Shown one piece after another: positions 1 through 15,109 of a stretch of 64,000 nt of DNA (positions are counted from its first letter, which is position 1; the number at the start of each line of letters is the position of its first letter). A program made the position numbers and the translations under genes. This DNA is from Eledone cirrhosa (taxonomy: Eukaryota): positions 78,368,001 to 78,432,000 of the forward strand of contig OZ024740.1 in the NCBI GenBank assembly GCA_964016885.1, written 5' to 3'. The notes below the pieces were generated by a model. It worked only from the letters and a program-made list of their open reading frames with translations. It made no database searches and was not told the DNA's origin.

Positions 1-159
1 CGGGGAACCCTTTGATTAAAATAAAATATACTTATCCAAGTACCCCGGGCAATGTAGTTTCAGAATATATATGGTTATGGGGGTCTATCTCCAAAACCAT
101 AGGAGGAGTTCGTGAACAAACAAACAAACAGACAGGAACTACAACTTTATAAATATAGA
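1..159 (-). mobile_element. 5' end of non-autonomous Helitron-like element (runs off window)
   Basis: Minus strand begins A|TCTATATTTATAAAG followed by TGTCTGTTTGTTTG, the same 5' architecture as the element at 55869-56527. Confidence 0.5.
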
Positions 160-273
160 TATATACATATATTTATTGTTAGTACAGATTAAAAGTTTAA
201 GCAATGAATTTCTGCTTCCACCCTAAGCGGAATCATCGAGTCCTCTTTTGGTTTTAGTCTTTGTATTTATTAT

Positions 274-319
<46 letters not shown>

Positions 320-635
320 TTATATACATATATATTAAGTATATATATATTTATATATATATGTATTTATATATATATATATATATATATAGATAATTTA
401 ATATATCAACTAACATAAGCGCACAGATGCACGCCTATGCCAGCAAATACACAGGTTATGTCATAGTACCTAGATTACGTAACTGTCTTTATCCCATTGC
501 AGAAACTAATTAGTTGGAGTGAAAATTTAAGTAAGTAAGCAAAAAATTTTTTTAAATTTTTTAAAAAAGATTTTCTTATTTTACGTCTTTTATATATATA
601 TATGAGTGAGAAAATTTGTTCCGAAATGATTGCCA

Positions 636-848
636 GTGTCCGACGAACCTGCAGTTCTAGAATCAGACAGATCCACACAATGATCGCGTCTCGAGCTGTC
701 CGCGGGCGAAACAATTGTAACACACAATAAATTGAGTCCAGATGCATCAATGATTTTTCGTTTTTTATTATATCACACTCTGCTCTGTAAGAACATAGAG
801 TGCTCAATTGGCATACCGCCTATGGAAGCACCTTAGCTACCATTAAAC
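636..848 (+). repeat. PLE pLTR-like repeat; second copy inverted at 1385-1602
   Basis: Two similar ~210-bp copies in opposite orientation, each ending at (TA)n. Contains the hammerhead 3' half GAAAC-aatt-GTA. Confidence 0.6.
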
Positions 849-944
849 ATATATATATATATATATATATAAGTTATTCCGGGTTGAATAGGAGGTAACT
901 CACGAATGAGACAGTTCTAGTCCTGTAGAAGCTCTTCTATATTA

Positions 945-1072
<128 letters not shown>

Positions 1073-1155
1073 AAAAGTTAAACAAGGTTCAATGAATACA
1101 TCAAATAATGAGTTTTACAACCATCTACTATGTCAGGGTATGTCATGCATCATCT

Positions 1156-1222
1156 TATTTTATCTGATGAGGACGTACTGTTGAACTTAACTCAGTACCT
1201 CTGAAATATGTATAATAAAATA
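1156..1222 (+). ncRNA. Minimal type I hammerhead ribozyme
   Basis: tattttat-CTGATGA-stem II (gtactg/cagtac)-GAAA-tatgta-TA-ataaaata; stem I is fully complementary. Confidence 0.75.
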
Positions 1223-1262
1223 TAATTGATCACAAGAATATCTACTTTGTTAATATTTTGAA

Positions 1263-1383
<121 letters not shown>

Positions 1384-1599
1384 TGTGTCTGATGGTAGCT
1401 AAGATGCTTCCATAGGCGGTATGCCGGTTGAGCACTCTATGCTCTTACAGAGCAGAGTATAATATAATATAAAACGGAAAATCAGTGATGCATCTGAACT
1501 CAATTTATTGTGTGTTACAATTGTTTCGCCGGCGGACAGCTCGAGACACGATCATTGTGTGGATCTGTCTGATTCTGGATCTGCATGTTCGACGGACAC

Positions 1600-1669
<70 letters not shown>

Positions 1670-2268
1670 GTCTTAATATATTTCCCCTAAATTAACATTT
1701 AAGTGGTCTTCCTTTTCCTCCTTCTTACCTTCCTTCTTCTTTAACAATTTTTGTTTGATAATTTATATAGCTTCGTTAAATTAACAATATTCTGAAAACA
1801 TTCTCAATGTTGAACATTTTTTGAATCCACAAATTATTCTAACCTCACAACTTAATATTTCAACATCCTTCGTACCTCATATTTGTTATATAAAAAATCA
1901 ATAATACGCAACTTATTAATATATATAGAGATATTTATATACATATAACCTTTCCTAATGTAATAAGATAAAAATACTTACAACCATAAGACTTCATATA
2001 ATTTATATACCATATTATAACTCATAATATAGGTAACAAATTTTCTCATAAATTAACGTTATTCCTCTCTCTTTCTCTTCCCTCCTTATAATTATTTAAA
2101 TTTTCCATAGCGTCTTTTCAGTTCTTTAATATAAACATAATTTGCATACTCATATTACTAATTTTAAATATCTGACTTTTCTTCTCTCTTCCCTTCACTT
2201 TCCAGGGATAACTTGAACCGTTAAGGTATATTATCTTTGGTCATGTCAAATATTTATATAACATGTTG

Positions 2269-2330
2269 TATTTTATCTGATGATAGCGTACCAACATTTT
2301 TGGTACCCTTGAAATATATATAATAGAATA
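2269..2330 (+). ncRNA. Minimal hammerhead ribozyme in a PLE 3' tail (tail ~1690-2460)
   Basis: tattttat-CTGATGA-gtaccaa/ttggtac-GAAA-tatata-TA-atagaata; same family as 45747-45973. Confidence 0.75.
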
Positions 2331-2498
2331 AATATGGTTTTATAAATATAGTTTCCATTTATTTAATATCATTGAATACTTACTCCAGAAAGCTGTCGAG
2401 TGCTCTGAATCAGTTATAAACATCTATATTTGTTGGATTCCCAACAAATTAAATATCTCTTCTATATATATATATATATTTATTTATAATAATTATTA

Positions 2499-2685
2499 TT
2501 TCTACTTTTGGCACAAGGCCAATAATTACCCCAGTATATTACTGGTACTTTATTTTATAGACCCCGTAAGGATGAAAGACAAAGTTAACCTCGGCGGGAT
2601 TTGAACTCAGATCATAAAGGGGCGTAACTCTATGCTACAAAGCATGGTGTCCGACGCTTTACTGATACTGCCAATCCACCGCCCT
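2499..2685 (-). mobile_element. tRNA-derived SINE family 1 (MetaSINE-like core)
   Basis: A box TGGCAGTATCAG, B box GAGTTCAAATCC, core CTTTCATCCTTACGGGGTC..AAAGTACCAG; homologous to 9388, 10861, 43829 and 47376. Confidence 0.85.
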
Positions 2686-2814
2686 ATAATATTATTTATA
2701 CTTATATATACACTATATATAATTATAAACAGGAAAGGTCAGTAATTCATTACCACCTTATTACCAGTAAGAAAAATAGCTCAATGTAAATACATCAGAT
2801 GTTTTACAGAGCCG

Positions 2815-4949
2815 GAATATAAATTACAGAATAATTAAAGCTATGTTTAAAACATTTTATTGCTGACAATCGTTTCTTCCAAACTTTCGTTTGGAATCAT
2901 CGGAGCACTAGCAAAGTTTAGACATATAATTAACCTCCTATTCCACAGAACAATTGTAAAGATACGTAGATGTTAGTGAATAATAGTGACCTTATTAGAT
3001 CCCAAATGGATATCATCCTTGCGACCCGTAAAACCATAATTGTATTTGAAGATCAATTATGGACCCACAAGGCTACACCTAACAACTTTGACATAATTAT
3101 GGGATCTAGTGACTTGGCGCAGGTCACTGATCTGGTGGGTCTATATCTCTTAAATGAAATTCATAAGAATCTGCCCTACCTCAATGGTGGTTTATACCGC
3201 GACGATGCACTACTACTTATTGACTATAAAAAATTTATTATAGAAAGAACTAGGAAACAATTGCATAAAATATTTAAAAACTTCAACTTAAGCATTACCT
3301 TAGATAAAAACACTAAAGACGTTAACTTCCTTGATGCTACCCTTTGCCTGGACTCTAAAATATAAACACCCTTTCAAAAACCAAACGAAAAACTGCTTTA
3401 TGTAGATACCAACTCTAACCACCCTAAATCTATATTAAACTCAATTACTAAAGGAATATCTAATAGAATTTCTACTCTATCATATAATGAAACTATATTT
3501 AACAGTAATTCCCAATACTATAATGAGGCCTTAGCTCGATCAGGCCATAAAAATAAAATTAGATGTTTATCTATAAAATCACCTAGTTACAACATTATTA
3601 CTCACAATATGGCCATGAATAAAAGTAATAAAAGTACTAGCCACTCTAACTCTAGTACGAAGAGTAATATCAAACTTAATTCGCACCAAAATAAACACCC
3701 CAATAATAATAATATAAACAGAAATATAAACAATACCTCAAATATCATTACAAAAAACAAAAATAGAAGAAGAACTAATACATTTTTCAATCCCCCTTTC
3801 AATCTAAACGTTTCCACCAACTTGCTTAAGGCTTTCTTCTCAATCTTAGAAAAAAATTTCCCAGTCGGCCACAAATAAAAATACCATTAAAATCTCTTAC
3901 TCTACCACACCTAACATCACATACCATATAGCTAGTAGAAATAAAAGGAAGATTAATAATTATTTCCAACTAATTAAATCGCAACAGGGGGTGAACTTAC
4001 ATAACAACATAGTACCAGAGAATTCTAGTAGCAATAATAATAATAGTAATAGCACTAATGAAATTAATAACAATGAGAATGATAATCATTACCCTAATGT
4101 TATCCCTAACAACCATGCATCTACACACCCTATTAACCAGCAAGTAAACAACCAAAATAACTGTAATTGTAGAACAAATAGAACTTGTCCCTTAGCAAAA
4201 AAATGCTTAATCAAAGGCATCATTTACTCATGCACAGTCATTACAAACAACACTTCAAAAACATATATAGGTTTTACTTCGAACTGCTTCAAGACGAGAT
4301 ATAACTCGCATCTCCACACTTTCAAAAATTGCAATCTAGCCAACTCCACTTTTTATCTAACTATATACACTCACTGAAAACTAAAAAGAGACCATATACA
4401 CTTCAATGGGAAGTAATAAATAGGGCCGCATCGTATAAACCACCGAATAAATTATGTAACCTCTGTCTTCTGGATACTCGCACTATAATCTATTCTAAGA
4501 AAATCAGAAATCTTTTCATGTGCCAACACTACCACCGACACTCTTTCCACAACTTCAAACCTAGCTAGACATAACAATGTCAGATCTGGATTCCTCACCA
4601 CCATTAACACTTTACCTCTAGGTTTTATCAGCATATAATTACCCCCACAGCATCACATCCTATGATCAGCTCATTCCTCCACTTTCTTCTTTAATTCCTC
4701 CATAATTATTGTATTAAACTTTTATAATCTTTGTCGCATCCACTGATACTGACCACATCATCTTCACTCTTTAAATATGACACTGTTAATGACAACACTA
4801 ACATCTACATATCTTTACAATTGTTCTGTGGAATAGGAGGTTAATTATATGTCTAAACTTTGCTAGTGCTCCGATGAATCCAAACGAAAGTTTGGAAGAA
4901 ACAATTGTCAACAATAAAATGTTTTGAACATAATTTTGATTATTCTGTA

Positions 4950-4955
<6 letters not shown>
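2815..4955 (+). mobile_element. 5'-truncated Penelope-like element (Naiad-type), degenerate RT + GIY-YIG, with inverted pLTR
   Basis: RT motifs MGSSDLAQVTDLVGLYLL and GLYRDDAL (2970-3365); CNCR..CPL..C and IIYSC..YIG (3991-4377); CNLC..CQH (4329-4568). Stops and frameshifts present. 2815-2978 is the reverse complement of 4796-4955. Confidence 0.9.
4867..4913 (+). ncRNA. Hammerhead motif in pLTR (CCGATGA variant); inverted copy at 2861-2907
   Basis: tgct-CCGATGA-(t)tccaaac gaaa gtttgga(a)-GAAAC-ratt-GTC-a(g/a)ca. Confidence 0.65.
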
Positions 4956-4995
<40 letters not shown>

Positions 4996-5050
4996 CGTTT
5001 CTGAATTTGTTTAGCAAGATTCTTTATCTGAAAACGTGTGTTGAAATCGA

Positions 5051-6275
<1,225 letters not shown>

Positions 6276-6606
6276 CAAAATTAAATTAAATTAAGGGTTA
6301 TCTCCGAGACATGCGCCATATCCACCGTACAATAAGCTCAAAGATTCCAGTGAATAGATCAGAGCATTTTATTGCTGAAGATCCGGGATTTGACTACTGT
6401 GAGTTTACGGATTAATGGTGAAATATATTTCTTTAATGAAATATATACAAAGAAGATTAATCATTTCTAAAAAGGTAATATTTGAAGTTCTAGTTAAACT
6501 TTAATTAGTTACCTACCTAGCTGTGTGTGCTTACACACTTTACGAATTATCCCCTGTGATTTTTTCATGTGTTTATTTTAAATATATATATCAATCAATT
6601 TCTAGT

Positions 6607-6685
<79 letters not shown>

Positions 6686-7427
6686 AAAATTTGCTATGTG
6701 TGCCTTCTTACTCGAAGAAAGTGTTATTAATTGCACGATCTCAAACTTAACTGATAAGAAGTTATTTACGGCTAACACCTTAGGTAGGATAGCCTCCACT
6801 TAACTATGTGTTTTTTATGCAGAAGGTACGCATTGTTAAATTTATTGAATTATTTGTCATATGAAAATCTATGTCATGAAAAACTAGCTGTGGGTGGATT
6901 AAACAAGTAAGGCTGAGTGGTTAAAAAGTTCAATTCCGAAGCATTAGGTTTGCGGTAGATCTCACTCCCAGATATCTTGCTCAAGTCTCTTTACTATATC
7001 TTCTAGTCGATCTGGGCAGGTGGAAACTGTTCGATACCTTGTGTCTCTGCAATTCAAAGGTCCAACTTGCTCACACAAGTTATCAACGTGATTTAACCCA
7101 AGAAGTACATGAAAGATACACAGGTACTCTCAGGTTCCAAATAATGGGGGGGGGGGGGGGGGAGGGTATCGTTAATTTTTCTAGGTTGTCCCCGTTGATT
7201 TTTTTAAAAACCAGAACCAGTCATTTAGTTTACATATTGAATTTTAATAATATCGAAACATGTTCAGAGGTGTCGCTAAGGACTATTTTTTTCATTACGG
7301 CTATAATTTCAAATAATTAACAATCATTTTCGGCTCGACACCTTAAGAATGGTAGCCTTCACTTAACTATGTCTATCTATCTATGTATGTGTGTGTGGTG
7401 GTAGGCGGTATGTGTGCGTGTATTTAC

Positions 7428-7458
<31 letters not shown>

Positions 7459-7500
7459 TGTATGTATGTATGTATGTATGTATGTATGTATGTATGTATG

Positions 7501-8052
7501 GTCGGGTCGTTGGCGACTAAACTGGCAACCCCACCAAGGTTTCTTGGTGAGGAGGGTGGCTTTGGACATCCTGCAGGACTAAAAACAAAACCTGTCAAAG
7601 GGCAAAGGAGCTCTTAAGAGTCAATGGCCATCCTAAATCACCGGGAGAGATGACCCATTAGCCTTTGTCAAGGCAGAATTCTAGGAGAAGGAAAACTCTG
7701 ATATAACACCTGCAACTCTGATGGTATCCAATGATGTTGACTTGTTCTTCTTTTTGGTAAATATCATCTTGGTTAAGAGAGTGGGACTGGCTTTGTGCAG
7801 TGCCTTTGCTCACTATAAAAGCTTCACGGCACAGGCATTGCTTTATATCTGGAGATCTCTCTGCACTTGTCGTCACATGGTACCATGGGCCCAGCACTAT
7901 GTGTCAATAATTGTCACAAGTGTAGTGTTAGTACCAGAGTTTTCAAGTCGCTGGCTGGACTAAAAAGTCACACTCGTTCAACGCATTGGTAGGGGTTCTC
8001 CTACATGGATATAAAGTAGTGGCCGTACTCGAAAACGAGTTGGCAGTCACCA
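7501..8052. repeat. Unclassified GC-richer insert flanked on both sides by (TATG)n
   Basis: Sharp composition change bounded by the same tetranucleotide repeat; no recognisable protein motif. Confidence 0.35.
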
Positions 8053-8127
8053 TGTATGTATGTATGTATGTATGTATGTATGTATGTATGTATGTATGTA
8101 TGTATGTATGTATGTATGAATGAATGC

Positions 8128-8154
<27 letters not shown>

Positions 8155-8159
<5 letters not shown>

Positions 8160-8730
8160 GTATGGGTTTACCGAACATTTATTATAATGTTCGGTTTGTC
8201 TGTTTGTAAACAAACAAACATCCCGAATTACGCCGTACAGTGTTCAGGCAACCATCGTAGCCCTTTTGTTCAACACTGACACAGGAACGATGTACTAGTT
8301 TCAAGCTTATTAGCTATCGTCAGCATCGTATACCTTCTTGCCAGATGATTGAACGTCTGAAAGTATATACTTTCCTTATGCATATTAACGGCTGATCAGC
8401 CTAATTTGCATATCGAGTGAGTTAGTCGGCCGGGCGCACCGGAAACGATAAATGGAAAAGAATGAAACGAAATTTCATTTCTCACTCTTAGTACGACTGA
8501 TAATTAAATGTAAGTATGTATGTATACGTACATACATATATGTTTACAGACGTACAGTAGTATGTATATATATATACATACATGCACATATATATATATA
8601 CGTACGTATGGGTTTACCGAACGTCTGTGTTGAACAAAAGGGCGACGATGGTTTCCTGAACACTGTACGGCGTAATTCGGGCTGTTTGGTTGTTTACAAA
8701 CAGACAAACCGAACATTATAATAAATATAT
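8155..8730 (-). mobile_element. Non-autonomous hammerhead-bearing element with inverted tail
   Basis: 8185-8276 is inverted relative to 8627-8725; 8400-8510 is homologous to 61890-62010. Confidence 0.65.
8287..8329 (-). ncRNA. Minimal hammerhead ribozyme
   Basis: Minus strand: acgatg-CTGACGA-tagct aata agctt-GAAAC-ta-GTA-catcgt. Confidence 0.8.
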
Positions 8731-8920
8731 ATATAATGGGGTGTGTATATATGTGTAAATAATCAATAAGTGTTTGCACTGGCCCATTTTATTAAGGCGT
8801 CAACCAATGAAAATGACAAAAGCGTCTTGGTTTGTGTGTGCATGTATCTGCGCATATATTTTTTTTTATGTATGTATGTATATATATGTGTGTGTGTGTG
8901 TGTGTATGTACATATGTATG

Positions 8921-8967
<47 letters not shown>

Positions 8968-9387
8968 TTTATACGTATATATGAATGTATGTATATATAT
9001 GTGGATGGGTGTCTGTGTGTGTTTACGTATGTATGTATTATGTGTGTGCATGTATGTATGTATGTATGCTTATATGTGATTAGGCGTGTTAGATCCGTGT
9101 TGTTTGGCAGACGACATGTTGGTCGTCTGGTGAGAATTTTAGGGATTGGTAATGATAAGGATTGTCGTCATGTTTCGTCACTGTATTTTCCCAGATTTGA
9201 GCCACACACCTCTATAATAGCTACATAATTTATCAATGAAGTAACAATTTACCATTGGCTGTTCTGTAACGGTTATTTCCATTATATCTTTCAATCTGTA
9301 TTTCTAGTCCCTTAAGAAATGTTTCTCTCTTGGTTGACACGGATCTGGTGTAAATTTATATATGTATTTATAATTTATTTATCATGG

Positions 9388-9600
9388 TTTCTTATTTAGG
9401 CACAAGGCCAGCAATTTTGGGGGAAGGGAAAGTCGATTAAATCGACCCTAGTGCGTGACTAGTACTTTATTTTATCGACCCCGTAAGGATGAAAGGCAAA
9501 GTTAACCTCGGCGGGATTTGAACTCAGATCATAAAGGGCCGTAACTCTATGCTGCAAAGTATGGCATCCGACCCTCTACCGATACTGCCAATCCACCACT
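9388..9600 (-). mobile_element. SINE family 1 (longer-tail variant)
   Basis: Same head and core as 2499; tail GGCCTTGTGCCTAAATAAGAAA. Confidence 0.8.
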
Positions 9601-9930
9601 CTACACTACATTAATAGTAAAATGGGTATTCATTCTGAAGGTTGTTTTGCCACTTATGTAAAACAGGTAGGAACATTAGTACGATAAGCAGAAATAGTTC
9701 CATTTATAACCGAGGTCGGTTGATGCTCTTCCCACCATGTGATTTAACACAGTCAATGAAGGAATAGCTTCACTTATCTTTTAGGGAGAATCAGCCTTAT
9801 TTCACTGTAGCAAAAGATTTTAATGAAAAAGACTAGTATCAATATCCGACTGGACTGTTAACTATTTCTCTCTCTCTCCCCGTCTCCCTGTAAATGTTCT
9901 ACTTATTTGTCTATCTATCTAATATTACTC

Positions 9931-10472
9931 ATCCAGTTGACTGCAGAGTCCATAGAAAGGATCAAACCGCCAGCCTCTTTCAAAAACGAAAGAGAGGCGG
10001 TTTTCCTCTGTACAGTGGCTATGGTGAAAGAAGTTATATGGTGGACGAGATTGAGAAGACTGAGGACAAATGCCTTTCTCTCCGGACAACAATTGATTCC
10101 CTTCTTTAAGTATCACTTTAGAAGGAGAATCAGAGTGGAGAGAGAGGCATTGCACCCCAGTAAATTTACTGAAAGGTGGATGAATGAAGCGAAAATGGCC
10201 TGAGTGATTGGGCCTTCTCTGTTTATAAGCCTGTATGTTAAAGAGGAGAGCAAAAGGAAGAAACAAGCACTTGCACAACACGCTCCTGGAGTTGAGGGTT
10301 GTTCTATCGACGGAGTATTAAACAACCCATTTGTGGCGCCTCCCCTCTATTGGGGATTTCGATCGTTGTAATTGTTTGTTTTTATATTTTTTACACGGCT
10401 GTATGTAAAATCCCCGGCATCTCTTTGTATTGTCCCTTTTTCTTGTGCGCCCTTGTGGCAAATAAAGAAATC
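9931..10472 (+). mobile_element. 5'-truncated Tx1-clade LINE (ORF2 C-terminus + 3'UTR) with ~20-bp TSD
   Basis: ORF 9907-10203 (AESIERIKPP..VIWWTRL..RVERE) matches the ORF2 C-termini below; CTATCTATCTAATATTACTC at 9911-9930 and 10472-10491. Confidence 0.9.
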
Positions 10473-10860
10473 TATCTATCTAATATTACTCCCTTTATAC
10501 TTTCTCTCTCTTGCACCTCTCTCACCACAGTCAACATTTCTCCCAACATTGCAAAATATTTCGGGTAAAAAAGTTCACGAATGGCATTCTCATTTTTTTT
10601 CCATTTTATTCCTCCTCCTCTCCTCATCATCATCATCATCATCATGTCTCTTCTTCTTCCTCCTCCTTCTCCCCCTCCTCCTCCTTCTCATCATCATCGT
10701 CATCATGTCTCTTCTTCCACCTCCTCACCTCCCTTCTCCTCCTCTGCATCTCTTCCTTCTCTTCCTTCTCCACCCCTTCTTTTCATTTTCCAACAGAAAC
10801 AGAATGTCTATTTTCTAAAACTCTATGATCAGTGTTGAGCTGGCGCTAAACAACAATAAT

Positions 10861-11048
10861 TGTTTCTACTTTTGGTACACGGCCAGCAATTACCCAGTGT
10901 ATTACTGGTACTTTATTTTATCGACCCCGTAAGGATGAAAGGCAAAGTTAACCTTGGCGGGATTTGAACTCAGAATGGCAAGGGCCGTAACTCTATACGT
11001 CAAAGCATGGCGTCCGACCCTCTACCGATACTTCCAATCCACCGCCCT
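10861..11048 (-). mobile_element. SINE family 1 with 23-bp TSD
   Basis: AGCTGGCGCTAAACAACAATAAT at 10838-10860 and 11049-11071. Confidence 0.9.
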
Positions 11049-11442
11049 AGCTGGCGCTAAACAACAATAATATCTATTAATCAATGACGACAGTTCTTGG
11101 AAATATAAGCAAGGGAAATTAGCCGAATGAATTTGCCAGAAATGCGGTCGATGCAGTTTCAAAGACACAGACTTTGCAGACTGAAAATAAATTATTTGTA
11201 CTTCTAAATACCGGAATATGCACACCTCATTGCAAACAGCATAAACCTGGAGATATGAAGACTTCAATAGAACCCTCCGCGCGCACACGCACACACACAA
11301 ACAAACAAACACACACACACACACATCCATATATATATATGTATATATATGTGTATATATATATATATATATCTGGTGATTCTATAGACATGTGTATATA
11401 TATATATATATATATATCTGGTGATTCTATAGACATGTTTTA

Positions 11443-11498
<56 letters not shown>

Positions 11499-11535
11499 AA
11501 AGAAGAAATTAAAAGATGGTTAAAAAAGTTCCATA

Positions 11536-11604
11536 TATTTTATTATGCGCATTTCGAAAACAACATCATCCTGGACAAAAATTGTGTTCTCATCAGATAA
11601 AATA
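11536..11604 (-). ncRNA. Minimal hammerhead ribozyme
   Basis: Minus strand: tattttat-CTGATGA-gaacacaa..ttgttttc-GAAA-tgcgca-TA-ataaaata. Confidence 0.8.
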
Positions 11605-11657
11605 AAGTAACATGATATGAGGCCTAAAAACACCTGTGAACAAGAAAGTGTCCAGTC

Positions 11658-11734
<77 letters not shown>

Positions 11735-11834
11735 ATGGGAAGAAAGAGGAAAACTACATGGTTGCACATGGGTTACATATTATAAAATTAGTCCCTCATC
11801 AGTGATTTGCCAACCATCATTGGTATTTCATCGC

Positions 11835-11888
<54 letters not shown>

Positions 11889-11965
11889 GCGATGAAATAC
11901 CAATGATGGTTGGCAAATCACTGATGAGGGACTAAAAAAAACTCATTTTCTAATATATATATATT

Positions 11966-11989
<24 letters not shown>

Positions 11990-11998
<9 letters not shown>

Positions 11999-12255
11999 GA
12001 GTTTTTTTTACAAAATGAAAAAAAAACAAAAAAACGAGACGTCCTACACGAGTGAAAGTATAAGGAAAAAAATGAAGTCGAAAATGCAACTGGAGTCTTT
12101 TTAAGAATATTTATCATCAGATGCGAGAAAAACCACAAACTCTCCATCTCAATTCTACTTTTGAAAAGCATAAGAACTGTAAAACCGGTAAAAGAACCAA
12201 ATAAATATTCTTAAAAAGACTCCAGTTGCATTTTCGACTTCATTTTTCTTTTTTT

Positions 12256-12262
<7 letters not shown>
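11990..12262. repeat. Fold-back PLE-type mini-element; related copy at 53830-54142
   Basis: Internal inverted arms, (TA)n flanks, hammerhead 3' half (G)AAACCGGTA; clear homology to the 53.9-kb copy. Confidence 0.65.
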
Positions 12263-12299
<37 letters not shown>

Positions 12300-12303
12300 T
12301 TTT

Positions 12304-12351
<48 letters not shown>

Positions 12352-12424
12352 AAAAAGATGAAGTCGAAGGCTCTGATACCATCAACACTATAAACACAGA
12401 GCTGGCATATCTAAGAACTGACTA

Positions 12425-12480
12425 ACCGCCTGATGAGGTCATAGCCATTCAATGGCTATCATCGAAATATATATAGCAGT
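12425..12480 (+). ncRNA. Minimal hammerhead ribozyme
   Basis: accgc-CTGATGA-..atagccatt c aatggctat..-GAAA-tatata-TA-gcagt; one stem I mismatch. Confidence 0.7.
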
Positions 12481-12712
12481 AAATAAAGGATTATGAGGTC
12501 ATGCAATTGACTTATGTTTCGTCATTATATATATATATATATCCGTATTGACGGCTGAGAAACGAGTACTCAATACCGAAGTAGAGTTTTAATATTCATT
12601 TTATTAAGGCTAAATAGGGAGTCTTGTTGCTCTGGAGTTTCACCTGTTTATCACAGGGTCATTAATTTGACACACACACACACGCACACACACACGCACG
12701 CACACACACACA

Positions 12713-12794
<82 letters not shown>

Positions 12795-12897
12795 GAGATA
12801 GATATGACCAAAGATTAATATGTTTCGTTGATTATTCAACGAATACAATTTTACAATAGATTAGAAGCACTCGACAAGGGGATTTTCCTGGAGTATT

Positions 12898-13047
12898 TAA
12901 TATTATTCAAAATATTAATAAATAAAAAATATTCTCATAATCAAAATATATATTATATTATACATTGTACCTTTGACATATGTATAATATAATATATATT
13001 TTGATTATGAGAATATTTTTCATTTATTATTATTTTGAATAATATTA
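12898..13047. repeat. AT-rich inverted repeat, ~68-bp arms
   Basis: Arms are reverse complements around a 14-nt loop and end at (TA)n. Confidence 0.75.
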
Positions 13048-13395
13048 TATATATATATATATGTAGATATATATATAGAGAGAGATATATATGTATGTGT
13101 GTGTATCATGCATTGAATACTCCCATGATTAGTGGTCTCCCCGGTCTCAGCACCGCAGACTGTCTCTCTTTATATATAGTTTATCATGGTTGATCCAGTA
13201 GCCTGTTACTCTGGTGTTTCACCTTTGTACTACAGGTTCCTCGGACACTTATACACTGGATGCGTGTAGAGGTAGGGGCATCGTAACACTACATTCTCTT
13301 GAGGTAGATCACCTGGATTTCTGTGAGGTGCAGTTATACAGATGAAGCGACCTAGATTTAGGCATCATTCGGCCACTCTTAGTTCCCTTAAACGC

Positions 13396-13450
<55 letters not shown>

Positions 13451-13813
13451 CTCTTTCTTTCCTTCTTTCCTTCTTTCTTTCTGATATTCCCGTCCTTCCT
13501 CCTTTTTTTCTCTACATCCCTTTTTCTTCTCTACACCTCTTCATTACTCCCTAATTTTCTTTATCTCTTTTTGTGTGCCCCTCTGCGCCTCTTTGACTTT
13601 CTCCTCTTTCTAAACCTCATGGGAATCCAGCCAATCGTCTGCCCCCGCTCAATTTGGCGTTAAACCTTTCCACGCATCAAGTGTCTGTCTATGGAATTTG
13701 TAACAAACAGAGGGAACTCCTGAGTAACAGGCTACAGGATCAGCCTTAATAAACTATTGACCTCTACTATGATACTGAGTACTTATTCTTGCGTTCATCA
13801 ATACTAACAAATG

Positions 13814-13933
<120 letters not shown>

Positions 13934-14626
13934 GAAAAACCACGACAAAGCAAGCTGGAGATAAAGAGGTAAAAACTCGAGCAGAACCCTATTTCGTTCT
14001 TTGAGCTTTCTTTAAAAATCCTTTATAAAAAGATAATTGAGACTTTGGTTGGTGCTGCTCAGTACAGATATGATAGGATATGGGAGGCGGGGTTGTGACT
14101 TGAACAGATTGGTAGTATTATAATTAGCTAATGACCATCATGCAATTCCAGCCTGTCGTTGATGGTGAGCTTTAATATCTTAATTCTCTAATTAATTCTC
14201 ATATTTCCAATATTCTGTTCTGTAACTTTGATATCATATTTACGATAGCTCTATTCTCTAATGCAAGAAACATTGGTACGAATATGTTGTTGTTTTTTTA
14301 TACATAAATACATAAACCCGTTTGACTGAGTCATCTTGGATTGTCAGAAAAATATAGCAGCAATGAAATCAATATCAACAATATATACTTAATTACAGTT
14401 AGTATCAATTAACACCCCCTCCCCAGACGCTTAAAGACAATGTCTTTAATACAGCCAATCAAATATACGTTTAGTTAGAATCCTCATCAATTTGTAATTA
14501 ATACACGACTTAATTATATTTCAGTTACTACTCAGATCTCATTAAGTATATACTTTCTATTCTTTTTGATAAAATTAAAGGCTTCCCTGGTCATTTGTTT
14601 CATCTAAGTCTAAAGTCTATCTGAAT

Positions 14627-14895
14627 CCATAAAGCACGCCAGGCCGGTGCTTATCCAAGTTTCCGTGGTGTGAAGCGACAGAGAGTACAGGACTCCCCCT
14701 CGACAAGATGCCAGCCCATCACAGGCAGGGTTAAACCCCTAGCTATTGTTGGTACTCATTTCCAGCTGAATACAATGAAGCAACGTGAAATGAAGTGTTT
14801 TGTTCAAGAACACAACCTACAACCCAGTCCAGAAATCGAACCCACGACATTATGATCCTAAGTCCAACACCCTTACCACTAGGCCACGTGCCTCC
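14627..14895 (-). mobile_element. tRNA-derived SINE family 2; other copies ~37380-37612 and 63895-64000
   Basis: Minus strand GGAGGCACGTGGCCTAGTGGTAAG (A box) and GGTTCGATT (B box); shared body among copies. Confidence 0.8.
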
Positions 14896-15109
14896 ACATT
14901 TATTTCATACACTCTCAAATTATATCTTATAAATTAAGTTATTTCGAGTACAATTTATTGTTGATGTTGCTGCTGTTTAACCCCAAGTCAACCTTGATTG
15001 CGTAGATCTTTTATTAAAGGCGTTCCAGCGGAGCCCATTTTGTCTTTTATTCATTTGTGACAGCAGTAACATACCACGAAATTTTAACTGACATGCAATA
15101 TACTTTGAA

